In this document: positions 1 to 7,261 of the stretch, piece by piece
Layout of the letters: each line of letters starts with the position of its first letter
Numbering within the stretch: the stretch's first letter is position 1
Sequence record: DRR723986_4199
Length of the DNA stretch: 20,000 nt
Strand: one strand, 5' to 3'
Made by a program: the position numbers and the translations under genes
Notes under the pieces: model-generated
Told to the model about the DNA's origin: nothing
The model's database searches: none
What the model saw: the letters and a program-made list of their open reading frames with translations, nothing else

Positions 1-1
1 C

Positions 2-529
2 ACTTTCAAAGCCTGGTGTGATGCACGGCCTGCGGGGCACAAATTTGCGCACCGCGAGTGCGATGGCCCTGCGGGCTCCTCGCCTTCGATGAAGTGGGTG
101 AACCCGCCGGTGGCCTACATGCTGCACGCGGGCGCACCGTTGTTGATGAAAACAGGCGTTCATATCCCAGGCATGCAGCGTGGTGACCCTACACGCGTAG
201 CGCTGGAAGCTTATCCCGGCTATTTGGCACGCAAGGTATTGAACCGCGCCAGCTACAAAAGCGACGATCCGAAGAAAGACACAGCGGATCGCAGAATGGC
301 CCGTTCCGAGCTGCTGTGCGCTTTGGAAGAGGGCATGTTGTTCGGTATCAAGGTGCAAGTGCGGCCTTATTTGCGCGCGAAGTTGCTTGACGATGTCAAA
401 GCCGATCACCTGGATGCGGTGTTGTGTTGCTTGGTCGCCGGGTGGGCTGCAAAACGAGCCGATTCCAATTTCGGTTTGCCCAAGCTGATCGATCCTGTGG
501 AAGGCTGGATAGCGGGTGTAACTCCCTAA
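2..529 (+). CDS. DUF429-family protein (predicted RNase H-like nuclease), 5'-truncated by the window edge
   Basis: The frame is open from position 2 (TFKAWCDARPAGHKFAHRECDGPAGSSPSMKWVNPPVA...). It carries the motifs 'LEAYPG', 'DHLDAVLC' and C-terminal 'DPVEGWI', which I recognise from DUF429 proteins. Stop TAA at 527-529. Confidence 0.75.
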   Translation, partial: TFKAWCDARPAGHKFAHRECDGPAGSSPSMKWVNPPVAYMLHAGAPLLMKTGVHIPGMQRGDPTRVALEAYPGYLARKVLNRASYKSDDPKKDTADRRMARSELLCALEEGMLFGIKVQVRPYLRAKLLDDVKADHLDAVLCCLVAGWAAKRADSNFGLPKLIDPVEGWIAGVTP

Positions 530-1941
530 GTGCCCTTGCCTGGCAATTCAATACACACCAGCAAGCCGGTCGGCGCGCAGTTGCGTGCGCCAAGTACCCC
601 ATTCACACGCTGAATCGACTTCTTGGCGATTGCCAAACCCAGACCATGGCCTGAGTGTTCCCCATGCTTGAAAAATGGAGTGAACAGTTTGGGCAGCAGC
701 GCGGCGGGCACACCCGGGCCTTGATCCCTGATTTCAATGCGCAGCTGTTTCTCCTGAAGCGAGCAATCGATGCTCACGGCTGTGTTGGCAGGTGTGTGCT
801 TGATCGCATTGCGAATGATATTGTCGAATGCGCCTTGCAGGCTTTCGGCATCGCAATTCAAACGCCAAAGTTTTATCCGGCCGTTGAACACCACTTGTTT
901 GTTCTGTTGTTCGGCTTCAAATTGCGCGTCATCAACCACGGCCAACAACAATTCAATCACATTGTGTTCTCGGTTGCTTTCCGGGTTTTGCCTGGAGTCG
1001 AGTCGAGACAGGTTGAGCAGTTGTCCAATCAGGTTGTCCAGTCTTTCCGCCTCGGTTTCAATGCGACTCAAGCTGGTATCCAGCTGTGCGGGGTTCTGGC
1101 GGGCAAGGCCCACAGCCAGATTCAGGCGTGCCAATGGCGAGCGTAGTTCATGCGACACATCATGCAGCAGGGCTTTCTGTTGTTCAATGCGGGTTTCAAT
1201 TTCTTCAGCCATGTGGTCAAAGCCGCTGAGCAGTTCACCAATTTCATCACTGCGTTTTTTACCGGTTTTGTGGCTGTTTGAAATGCGCACACCCAAGCGG
1301 CCCTTGCCTGCTTCACGAAACGCATTTTTCAAAGTGTTCAACGGCCTGCTGAATGTGTAGGCCAGCACGCCCGCAAACAACAGACTGGCCAAAAACGCGG
1401 CAAACAAACCTGCGCCGGGGATGGGTGGAAGTGGCGGTTCAAGCGCCTCGCGTTGCTTGCGTTTTTCACTGTGAGTTTGTTCAGGTTCGCCAGTGTTGGG
1501 ATTGGCCGTATTTGATGGTTCTGGATGGCGACGATTGCGTGGAATGAAAAGAATCCATTGCGACTGATCTTGCGCAGTTACTTTCAAAATACCCTGCTCG
1601 GTTGGTGCATTGTTGTTGAACAAGGCAGTAATCCGTTGCTGAATATTCTCAGGCACCTCACGGCTTAAAATCTCCTGGCCTTCGCTCGACACCGCAAACA
1701 CCGGTATGGCGTTGCCAGTTCGCTGGCGGTTACGGTCCAACAGGTCACGCAAGGCATTTGGCCCTTTGCCTTCAAGTACTTCCTGAATGGTTTCAAGCAT
1801 GAATTGGGCACGTGGACCTTCGGCAATGTCGCTGCTGGCGGGTTTCTCCCGCATCACGTACAACGCGGTCCCTGTTGCCACAGCTGCGGCAATCAGGCAC
1901 AACCAAAAACCAAAGAAGAATTTCCAGAACAACTTGCCCAT
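526..1941 (-). CDS. Membrane sensor histidine kinase (HAMP-HisKA-HATPase), CpxA-like
   Basis: Two TM segments, HAMP (SRPLNTLK...DEIGEL...FDHMA), H-box HDVSHELRSPLARL, N-box NIIRNAIKH, DQGPG, LFTPFF and GHGLGLAI. Confidence 0.93.
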   Translation of the reverse strand: MGKLFWKFFFGFWLCLIAAAVATGTALYVMREKPASSDIAEGPRAQFMLETIQEVLEGKGPNALRDLLDRNRQRTGNAIPVFAVSSEGQEILSREVPENIQQRITALFNNNAPTEQGILKVTAQDQSQWILFIPRNRRHPEPSNTANPNTGEPEQTHSEKRKQREALEPPLPPIPGAGLFAAFLASLLFAGVLAYTFSRPLNTLKNAFREAGKGRLGVRISNSHKTGKKRSDEIGELLSGFDHMAEEIETRIEQQKALLHDVSHELRSPLARLNLAVGLARQNPAQLDTSLSRIETEAERLDNLIGQLLNLSRLDSRQNPESNREHNVIELLLAVVDDAQFEAEQQNKQVVFNGRIKLWRLNCDAESLQGAFDNIIRNAIKHTPANTAVSIDCSLQEKQLRIEIRDQGPGVPAALLPKLFTPFFKHGEHSGHGLGLAIAKKSIQRVNGVLGARNCAPTGLLVCIELPGKGT

Positions 1942-1955
1942 GAATGTAGCCCTGG

Positions 1956-2642
1956 CTAATCGAGACTGAGCTGATAGCCCTGCCCGCGAATGGTGTGGAG
2001 GGTCAAAGGCAGCCGCTCGTCGTTCAGATTCAGTTTGTTGCGCAGGCTGCTCAAGTGCACATCAATGCTGCGGTCAAACCGCTCCAACGGGCGCCCCAGA
2101 CCCTGTTCGCTCAGCACCGCCTTGCTGACCACCTGGCCTGCATGGCTGGCCAAAACCTCCAGCAAGTTGAACTCGGCGCTTGTCAGTTCTACCTCGTTGC
2201 CGTTTAACAGCACCTTGCGTTTGGCTGGCTGCACCTCCAGTGGGCCCAACTGAAGTGCTTGCTTCGGTGCGTTGTTGGAATCATTGGCGCGCCGCAAAAT
2301 TGCACGGACACGGGCCACAATTTCACGGGGCAGGCAAGGTTTGGGCACGTAGTCGTCGGCACCCAACTCTAACCCCACAATGCGGTCAATGTTGTCGCCC
2401 CGCGCAGTCAGCATCAACACTGGGGTGTTGTACTTCAGCCGAATCTGTTTCAGGGTTTCAAGCCCACTTTGCTGCGGCATCATGACATCGAGCACCACCA
2501 GCTGGTATTGATCGTCCGCCAGTTTTTTCAAACCCTCGATTGGGTTGGCACAATGCTCTGCTTCAAAGCCTTCACCGCGCAGGTACTCGCACAGCATTTC
2601 GCCCAGTTCAATGTCGTCGTCGATATGAAGTATTTTCGTCAT
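1956..2642 (-). CDS. OmpR-family response regulator, CpxR-like
   Basis: Receiver domain (HIDDD, LDVMMP, LTARG, GADDYVPKP) plus winged helix (LTSAEFNLL, DRSIDVHLSSLRNKL, TIRGQGY). The ATG at 2642 (MTKILHIDDD) is preferred over 2690. Confidence 0.93.
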   Translation of the reverse strand: MTKILHIDDDIELGEMLCEYLRGEGFEAEHCANPIEGLKKLADDQYQLVVLDVMMPQQSGLETLKQIRLKYNTPVLMLTARGDNIDRIVGLELGADDYVPKPCLPREIVARVRAILRRANDSNNAPKQALQLGPLEVQPAKRKVLLNGNEVELTSAEFNLLEVLASHAGQVVSKAVLSEQGLGRPLERFDRSIDVHLSSLRNKLNLNDERLPLTLHTIRGQGYQLSLD

Positions 2643-2694
2643 GGCTTCAATATTACTCGGCAGCCTGGGTAGATGCGCAATTGTTTGCAATCGC

Positions 2695-2730
2695 TTTACC
2701 CATCTTTACACAGCCTACATCCTCGTTTAC
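2695..2730. promoter_or_regulatory. CpxR-type tandem binding boxes (GTAAA-N5-GTAAA on the minus strand)
   Basis: TTTAC(2695-2699)-ccatc-TTTAC(2705-2709), followed by CCTAC(2714-2718) and TTTAC(2726-2730). These lie in the divergent regulator/Spy intergenic region. Confidence 0.75.
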
Positions 2731-2778
2731 AAGCCGGTTTTGCACAATACAGTTGTCCATTACACAAGGAGTAGACAA

Positions 2779-3288
2779 ATGAATGTATCCAGACTGACCA
2801 TCCAGAAAATGATTGCTGTCACCGCGATGGCCATGGCGATTCCCATGAGTGCGTACGCAGGTCATCACGAGGAAGGTGGCAAAAAGCAGCATTCGGAAAT
2901 GCGTCACCACCACAAGCATGGTGGCATGGGCATGTTGAAGCAGCTTGATTTGACCGAGGCTCAGCAGGCGCAGGTGAAACAGATTATGGACAAGCAAAGG
3001 ACCGAAATGAAAGCAGCCATGAGTGAGCGCCGCGCACACCGCGAAGAAATGAAGTCGATTGTTGAGCAAGACACATTCGATGCCGCCAAAGCGGAGCGAC
3101 TGATTGCCCAGCAACAGGAACAGGAACGTGCCACCAAATTGAGCATGCTGCGTACCCAGCACGAGATCTACAAAGTACTGACACCCGAACAGCGCGAGAA
3201 GGCGAAAGTAATTCGTGCCGAATGGAAAGAGAAAATGAAGGAGCGCTACAACAAACGCAAGGCGGAGAGTGCAAGTAATGCCATGTAA
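2779..3288 (+). CDS. Spy/CpxP-family periplasmic chaperone/adaptor (LTXXQ motifs)
   Basis: SD AGGAG at 2767-2771, signal peptide ending SAYA, motifs LDLTEAQQ and VLTPEQR, helical charged composition, and divergent position relative to the CpxRA-like pair. Confidence 0.9.
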   Translation: MNVSRLTIQKMIAVTAMAMAIPMSAYAGHHEEGGKKQHSEMRHHHKHGGMGMLKQLDLTEAQQAQVKQIMDKQRTEMKAAMSERRAHREEMKSIVEQDTFDAAKAERLIAQQQEQERATKLSMLRTQHEIYKVLTPEQREKAKVIRAEWKEKMKERYNKRKAESASNAM

Positions 3289-3384
3289 TACCTGAATTTT
3301 GTAGGTACTTTCCCAACCACCTTTTGAAGTATTCCAGCAGCTGTGCTTTTGCCCCTATACTGTTGCAAAAAAAGGAGACAGTTA

Positions 3385-4161
3385 ATGGGGCAATCTTTTA
3401 TTCGACTCGCATTGGCCTGCACTTTGACAGCAGCCGGCACCACAGCAATTGCAGCCCCTCCGGGCTTGCTCATGACCTATAGCTTCGACAGTTTGTCGGG
3501 CAAGTTTGGTCAACCACAGGAAATCAAGGCCCGATCCTTCACCCTGGGTGCAACCCTGGTAGGCGAGGGGTATCGTGCTTCCCTGTTTGTGCCCTACATT
3601 TCACTGGAAGGTCCTGGTACCCTGGTTGCGGGTACAGTGGCGGGCACCAACGGCCCGGCTCGTCGCAGTGAGCAAGGCTTGGGTGATATGGTGGCCACAT
3701 ACACTACCGATATTATCGGCGGCATTCAAACCAAGGGCTTTGCCATGTCGGCAACAGGCTTGGTGAAAATTGCTACTGGCAATGAAGACCGGGGGCTTGG
3801 CACAGGCAAGACAGACTACGGCATTCAGACTGACCTGGCCTATCGCTTTAACAATGGATTCGGACTGACCGCAGTGCTGGGTCGCCAGTACTACGGTGAT
3901 ACCCCAGAGCTCCCCTTGCTCAATGGCAACTACGCCACCGTGGGCGTGAATTTCCCATTGGGCGATTCTTTGTTTGTCAATCTGACCACCTCTCAGCGGG
4001 ATGAGCTGCTTGCGGGTACTGAGAAGCGTAAGGAACGTGCAATTTCAGCAGTGTATGCGCTGGACACCACTTCAGCCCTGCAGTTTGGTTACACCAAAGG
4101 CCGCAGCACGGCCAGCCCGGACGATGTTTTGTCGGTCAGTTACGTGTCGCAGGTCGAGTAA
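3385..4161 (+). CDS. Secreted protein, probable outer-membrane beta-barrel (COG4313/phenol-MetA-degradation 'transporter'-like)
   Basis: SD AAAGGAG upstream of ATG 3385, signal peptide (AIA|A), alternating amphipathic strands, and motifs 'VPYI', 'GLGDMV', 'KIATG..DRGLGTGKTDYG'. Confidence 0.6.
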   Translation: MGQSFIRLALACTLTAAGTTAIAAPPGLLMTYSFDSLSGKFGQPQEIKARSFTLGATLVGEGYRASLFVPYISLEGPGTLVAGTVAGTNGPARRSEQGLGDMVATYTTDIIGGIQTKGFAMSATGLVKIATGNEDRGLGTGKTDYGIQTDLAYRFNNGFGLTAVLGRQYYGDTPELPLLNGNYATVGVNFPLGDSLFVNLTTSQRDELLAGTEKRKERAISAVYALDTTSALQFGYTKGRSTASPDDVLSVSYVSQVE

Positions 4162-4286
4162 AACCCGGTCCGGAATTTCTGCCAATGGAGCGGGGTGGCG
4201 CAAAAGTGTCACCCCGGGCTCTCCCCAGTGGTACACAATGCTGCGCTGCAGTAAAATAAGGGTCTTGATTTCAACAGGCGAGCACC

Positions 4287-4946
4287 GTGCCCAAAGATCT
4301 TTCACACCTTCTTGATGCCAACCGAACCTGGGCTGCGGCTCAAGTGGACAAAGACCCCGAATTTTTTAAACGCCTCGAGAATCAGCAATCCCCGGAGTAC
4401 TTCTGGATTGGTTGTTCTGACAGCCGAGTGCCCGCCAATACCATTGTCAATTTGTTACCCGGTGAAGTTTTTGTACACCGCAACGTGGCCAACCAGGTGT
4501 TTCATGGCGATTTGAATGGGCAATCGGCCACGCAGTTTGCTGTTGAGTTTATAAAGGTCAAACACATTATTGTGTGTGGTCATTATGGCTGCTCGGGCGT
4601 GCGCATGGCGATGCGGGGTGACAGGGTGGGTTTGGCTGACGCGTGGGTGCGTCCAATTCATCAGTTGGCACGCAGGCATGGGCTGGTAACCTGCGATGCT
4701 GCCCTTGAACAGAAATGCCACGATCAACTGTGCGAGTTAAACGTAATTGAACAGGTGAAACACCTGTGCGAGAGCACTTTGATTGAGGATGCGTGGGAGC
4801 GTGGACAAGACCTCACGGTTCACGGCTGGTTGTATAGCCTGAAAGATGGCATTGTACGGAACCTCCAAATTTCCATTTCGGACCCCAAGGATCTCGACAA
4901 GATTTACACCGAGGCAGTGGCTGCACTGAAAAAGCGTTACAGCTGA
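4287..4946 (+). CDS. can: Beta-class carbonic anhydrase
   Basis: Zn ligands in WIGCSDSRVP and CGHYGC, plus PGEVFVHRNVAN, LCELNVIEQV and VHGWLY. GTG start. Confidence 0.93.
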   Translation: MPKDLSHLLDANRTWAAAQVDKDPEFFKRLENQQSPEYFWIGCSDSRVPANTIVNLLPGEVFVHRNVANQVFHGDLNGQSATQFAVEFIKVKHIIVCGHYGCSGVRMAMRGDRVGLADAWVRPIHQLARRHGLVTCDAALEQKCHDQLCELNVIEQVKHLCESTLIEDAWERGQDLTVHGWLYSLKDGIVRNLQISISDPKDLDKIYTEAVAALKKRYS

Positions 4947-4973
4947 TCGATTCTTGGTCTAGAATGAGGAAAT

Positions 4974-4995
4974 AATTCAAGCGTTTGTTTGAATT
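4974..4995. promoter_or_regulatory. Palindromic operator (TetR/PsrA-like), copy 1
   Basis: AATTCAA-GCGTTTGT-TTGAATT is an inverted repeat just downstream of a -10-like TAGAAT (4960-4965). A near-identical copy lies at 9098-9115. Confidence 0.7.
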
Positions 4996-5029
4996 GTGGG
5001 TTCATTTAAAATTCTAGGAGACGATTTAC

Positions 5030-5242
5030 ATGGCTTTCTCAACCCAATCCAAACTGGGCGATTTGCTGGACAACCCCCAAACCGCAGCAATTTTGGAAAA
5101 ACACATGCCCGGCATTTCTACACACCCGCAAATCGGCATGGGCAAAGGTTTCCCATTGGCTGTTGTGGCCAATTTTTCCGGTGGTTTGATTACCCAGGAA
5201 ATGCTGGAAGCCGTGGACGCTGAATTTGCTGCATTGGGCTGA
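5030..5242 (+). CDS. Small hypothetical protein (70 aa)
   Basis: SD AGGAG at 5016-5020, ATG 5030, natural protein-like sequence (LGDLLDNPQTAAILEKHMPG...), and an 8-bp gap to the GNAT gene. Confidence 0.8.
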   Translation: MAFSTQSKLGDLLDNPQTAAILEKHMPGISTHPQIGMGKGFPLAVVANFSGGLITQEMLEAVDAEFAALG

Positions 5243-5250
5243 TCGATTCG

Positions 5251-5673
5251 TTGATTCGGATTGACTGTTCCAGTTGGTTGATCAACGGCGAGTGGGCCAG
5301 TTCCATTCGCCGTTCTGTTTTTGTTCAAGAGCAGGGCATTGATGAATCCGAAGAATGGGATGAACACGACTCTGTTTCTACGCATGTTCTTGCCTGGTTA
5401 GGCGACAAGCCCGTGGGCACGGCAAGGTTGTTGCCTGAAGGCAAAATTGGCCGAATGGCTGTACTCCCTGAATTCAGAAGCCAGGGAATCGGTAGTGCCA
5501 TGTTGCTGGCTTTGCTGGCGGTGGCGAAAGAAAAAAATTTGCCGCAAGTGCGCCTGAGTGCGCAACAGCAGGCGATGGAATTTTACAGTCGACATGGATT
5601 TGCACCGTGTGGTGATTCCCACATGGAGGTGGGAATACCCCACCAGTGGATGGTGCGAGACCTGACAACATAA
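5251..5673 (+). CDS. GNAT N-acetyltransferase (ElaA/YjcF-like)
   Basis: IRRSVFVQEQG, PVGTARL, acetyl-CoA motif A (IGRMAVLPEFRSQGIG), LSAQ..A..FYSRHGF and EVGIPH. TTG start. Confidence 0.9.
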   Translation: MIRIDCSSWLINGEWASSIRRSVFVQEQGIDESEEWDEHDSVSTHVLAWLGDKPVGTARLLPEGKIGRMAVLPEFRSQGIGSAMLLALLAVAKEKNLPQVRLSAQQQAMEFYSRHGFAPCGDSHMEVGIPHQWMVRDLTT

Positions 5674-5687
5674 AAAAGGACTGGGTT

Positions 5688-6281
5688 GTGGCTAGAGTAT
5701 TGAAAGAACAAAAACACGATGACGGGCGGCGTGGCGATATTATTCGCGCTGCTGCCAAGCTGTTTCGCGACAAGGGATATGACGGAGCCAGCATGCGGGC
5801 GATTGCCAATGCGGTTGGTATGCAGTGCGGCAGCCCCTTTTATCACTTTGCCAGCAAGCAAGACATTCTGGTGGCGGTGGTTGAGGAAGGCTTGCGCCAG
5901 GGGCTTGAAAAAACCCGTGCTGTCGTCAAACCGAACTTGCCAGCCGACGCGCAGTTTCGCGCCCTGGTGAAAGTACACCTCAGCATTATCCTCGAGGAAG
6001 GCAACGACTTCATTCCGGTGATGCTATACAACTGGCGTTGCTTGGACGAGGTGCACCAGCGCAGGCTGATTGCCACTAAAGATGAATACGATGCCATTTG
6101 GCAAAATGCTGTGAACGGCTTGCACAATGCCGGTTTTCTGGGTGGTGACACCAAGTTTGCACGCTTGATGGTGTTGGGTGCCATGAACTTCATGGTGACT
6201 TGGTACAAACCCAAGAGGGGCGATAACCTGGACACGCTTTCTGACAAAGTAGTGACCTTCTTTTTGTCGCAGCACGCTTGA
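5688..6281 (+). CDS. TetR/AcrR-family transcriptional regulator (AtuR/KstR2-like C-terminus)
   Basis: HTH IIRAAAKLFRDKGYDGASMRAIANAVGMQCGSPFYHFASKQDIL and C-terminal LGAMNFMVTWYKP. GTG 5688 follows AAGGA (5676-5680) and is preferred over 5646. Confidence 0.9.
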   Translation: MARVLKEQKHDDGRRGDIIRAAAKLFRDKGYDGASMRAIANAVGMQCGSPFYHFASKQDILVAVVEEGLRQGLEKTRAVVKPNLPADAQFRALVKVHLSIILEEGNDFIPVMLYNWRCLDEVHQRRLIATKDEYDAIWQNAVNGLHNAGFLGGDTKFARLMVLGAMNFMVTWYKPKRGDNLDTLSDKVVTFFLSQHA

Positions 6282-6298
6282 TGTTCGCTGCGCAAAGC

Positions 6299-6341
6299 AA
6301 AAACCCTTGCTGGTTTGGATAACCGCCAGCAAGGGTTTTTT
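6299..6341. terminator. Bidirectional intrinsic terminator
   Basis: AAAAACCCTTGCTGG-12 nt-CCAGCAAGGGTTTTTT between convergent genes, with T-tracts on both strands. Confidence 0.88.
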
Positions 6342-6359
6342 GTTGCTGAGTTTTTGCGA

Positions 6360-7121
6360 TTAACGCAGCAAACCTGTCAGTGAAGCTGGGCGTGCAGCAA
6401 TCACATTCTGGATCAAGCTGGAGGTCATCGCAGTAATCGCACCCAACTGGCCGGCATTCATCATGCTGGCAGTTGCGCTCAAATTACCAGCCATGTTGGC
6501 CGTGGCCAAGCCTGCAATATCCAGTGAACCTGTGCTGGCCATGTCGGCAGCCATATTTGCGCCGGAGGTCATGTTGGCCACATTTTGCACGGTGCCCAAG
6601 ACACCACCGGTGACACCTTCAACCACGGTGCCTGCTGTCTGGTAAACGCCATCGACTGTATTCAACACTTGGCCCAGTTGCTCGCCGCTCAAGGTCACCG
6701 TGGCGCTCAGGCTTGCGTTGGCGCTCGCCATGGCCTGGCCAGCGTTGTCTTGACCTGCTTCGGCAGATTCACCCACGCTATCATCTGCCGCAGCGGTTTG
6801 ATCACCTGCTTCAGGTTGTTCCATTTCGGGGGCTTCAGCAGTGGGTGCAGGTTCGTTGGTGGGGGTTGGTTCAGCCACTGGTGTTGGTTCTGGCGAGGCT
6901 TCTGGTGCAGGTTGCGCGGCAGGTGGTTGCTGGCGCTGGAACAGGCTGACCTTGATTTCACCTTGTGCCTGACCTTGGGCAGAAGCCTGCTGGCCTGAGT
7001 GCGCAGCGGCGAACAAAGCGCCCCAGCCGTTCAAGGTGGCAATGTCAGAAGCCTTGGCTGTCATGGGCATTGCGAAAGAGGAAGCGATGGCTGCAACGAT
7101 TGCGATCTGTTTAACTTGCAT
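6360..7121 (-). CDS. Secreted low-complexity hypothetical protein with a Pro/Glu/Thr-rich linker
   Basis: SD AGGAG before ATG on the minus strand, Sec signal ending TAKA|S, PEPTP-type linker, and an Ala/Gly/Thr/Met-rich C-terminal half. The gene is followed by the terminator. Confidence 0.8.
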   Translation of the reverse strand: MQVKQIAIVAAIASSFAMPMTAKASDIATLNGWGALFAAAHSGQQASAQGQAQGEIKVSLFQRQQPPAAQPAPEASPEPTPVAEPTPTNEPAPTAEAPEMEQPEAGDQTAAADDSVGESAEAGQDNAGQAMASANASLSATVTLSGEQLGQVLNTVDGVYQTAGTVVEGVTGGVLGTVQNVANMTSGANMAADMASTGSLDIAGLATANMAGNLSATASMMNAGQLGAITAMTSSLIQNVIAARPASLTGLLR

Positions 7122-7261
7122 GGTGTTCTCCTGTTTGTTGGGTGTAGTAGGCGCTCTCTGGATCTCGCCTCACACTTTCACTAACGGAGACACCGTGTAG
7201 GAAAAAGATAACTAGCTAGGGGGTCCGCCCAACGTGGTGTACCCCTTCAAACAGGTGAAGA

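Noticed and set aside
2641..2778. Extended starts for Spy (2641) and the response regulator (2690)
   Set aside because: They cover the regulatory boxes. The SD and signal peptide support 2779, and the receiver domain starts at 2642.
5026..5385. 119-aa minus-strand ORF
   Set aside because: It overlaps the SD-supported 70-aa gene and the GNAT gene on the + strand.
5030..5673. Small gene + GNAT as a type II toxin-antitoxin pair
   Set aside because: The GNAT is ElaA/YjcF-like rather than AtaT/TacT-like, and the small protein shows no RHH/DUF1778 pattern.
6820..6930. Repetitive GGTT/GGTG-rich DNA as a tandem repeat or CRISPR array
   Set aside because: It is explained by Pro/Glu/Thr codons of the linker and has no fixed repeat-spacer structure.
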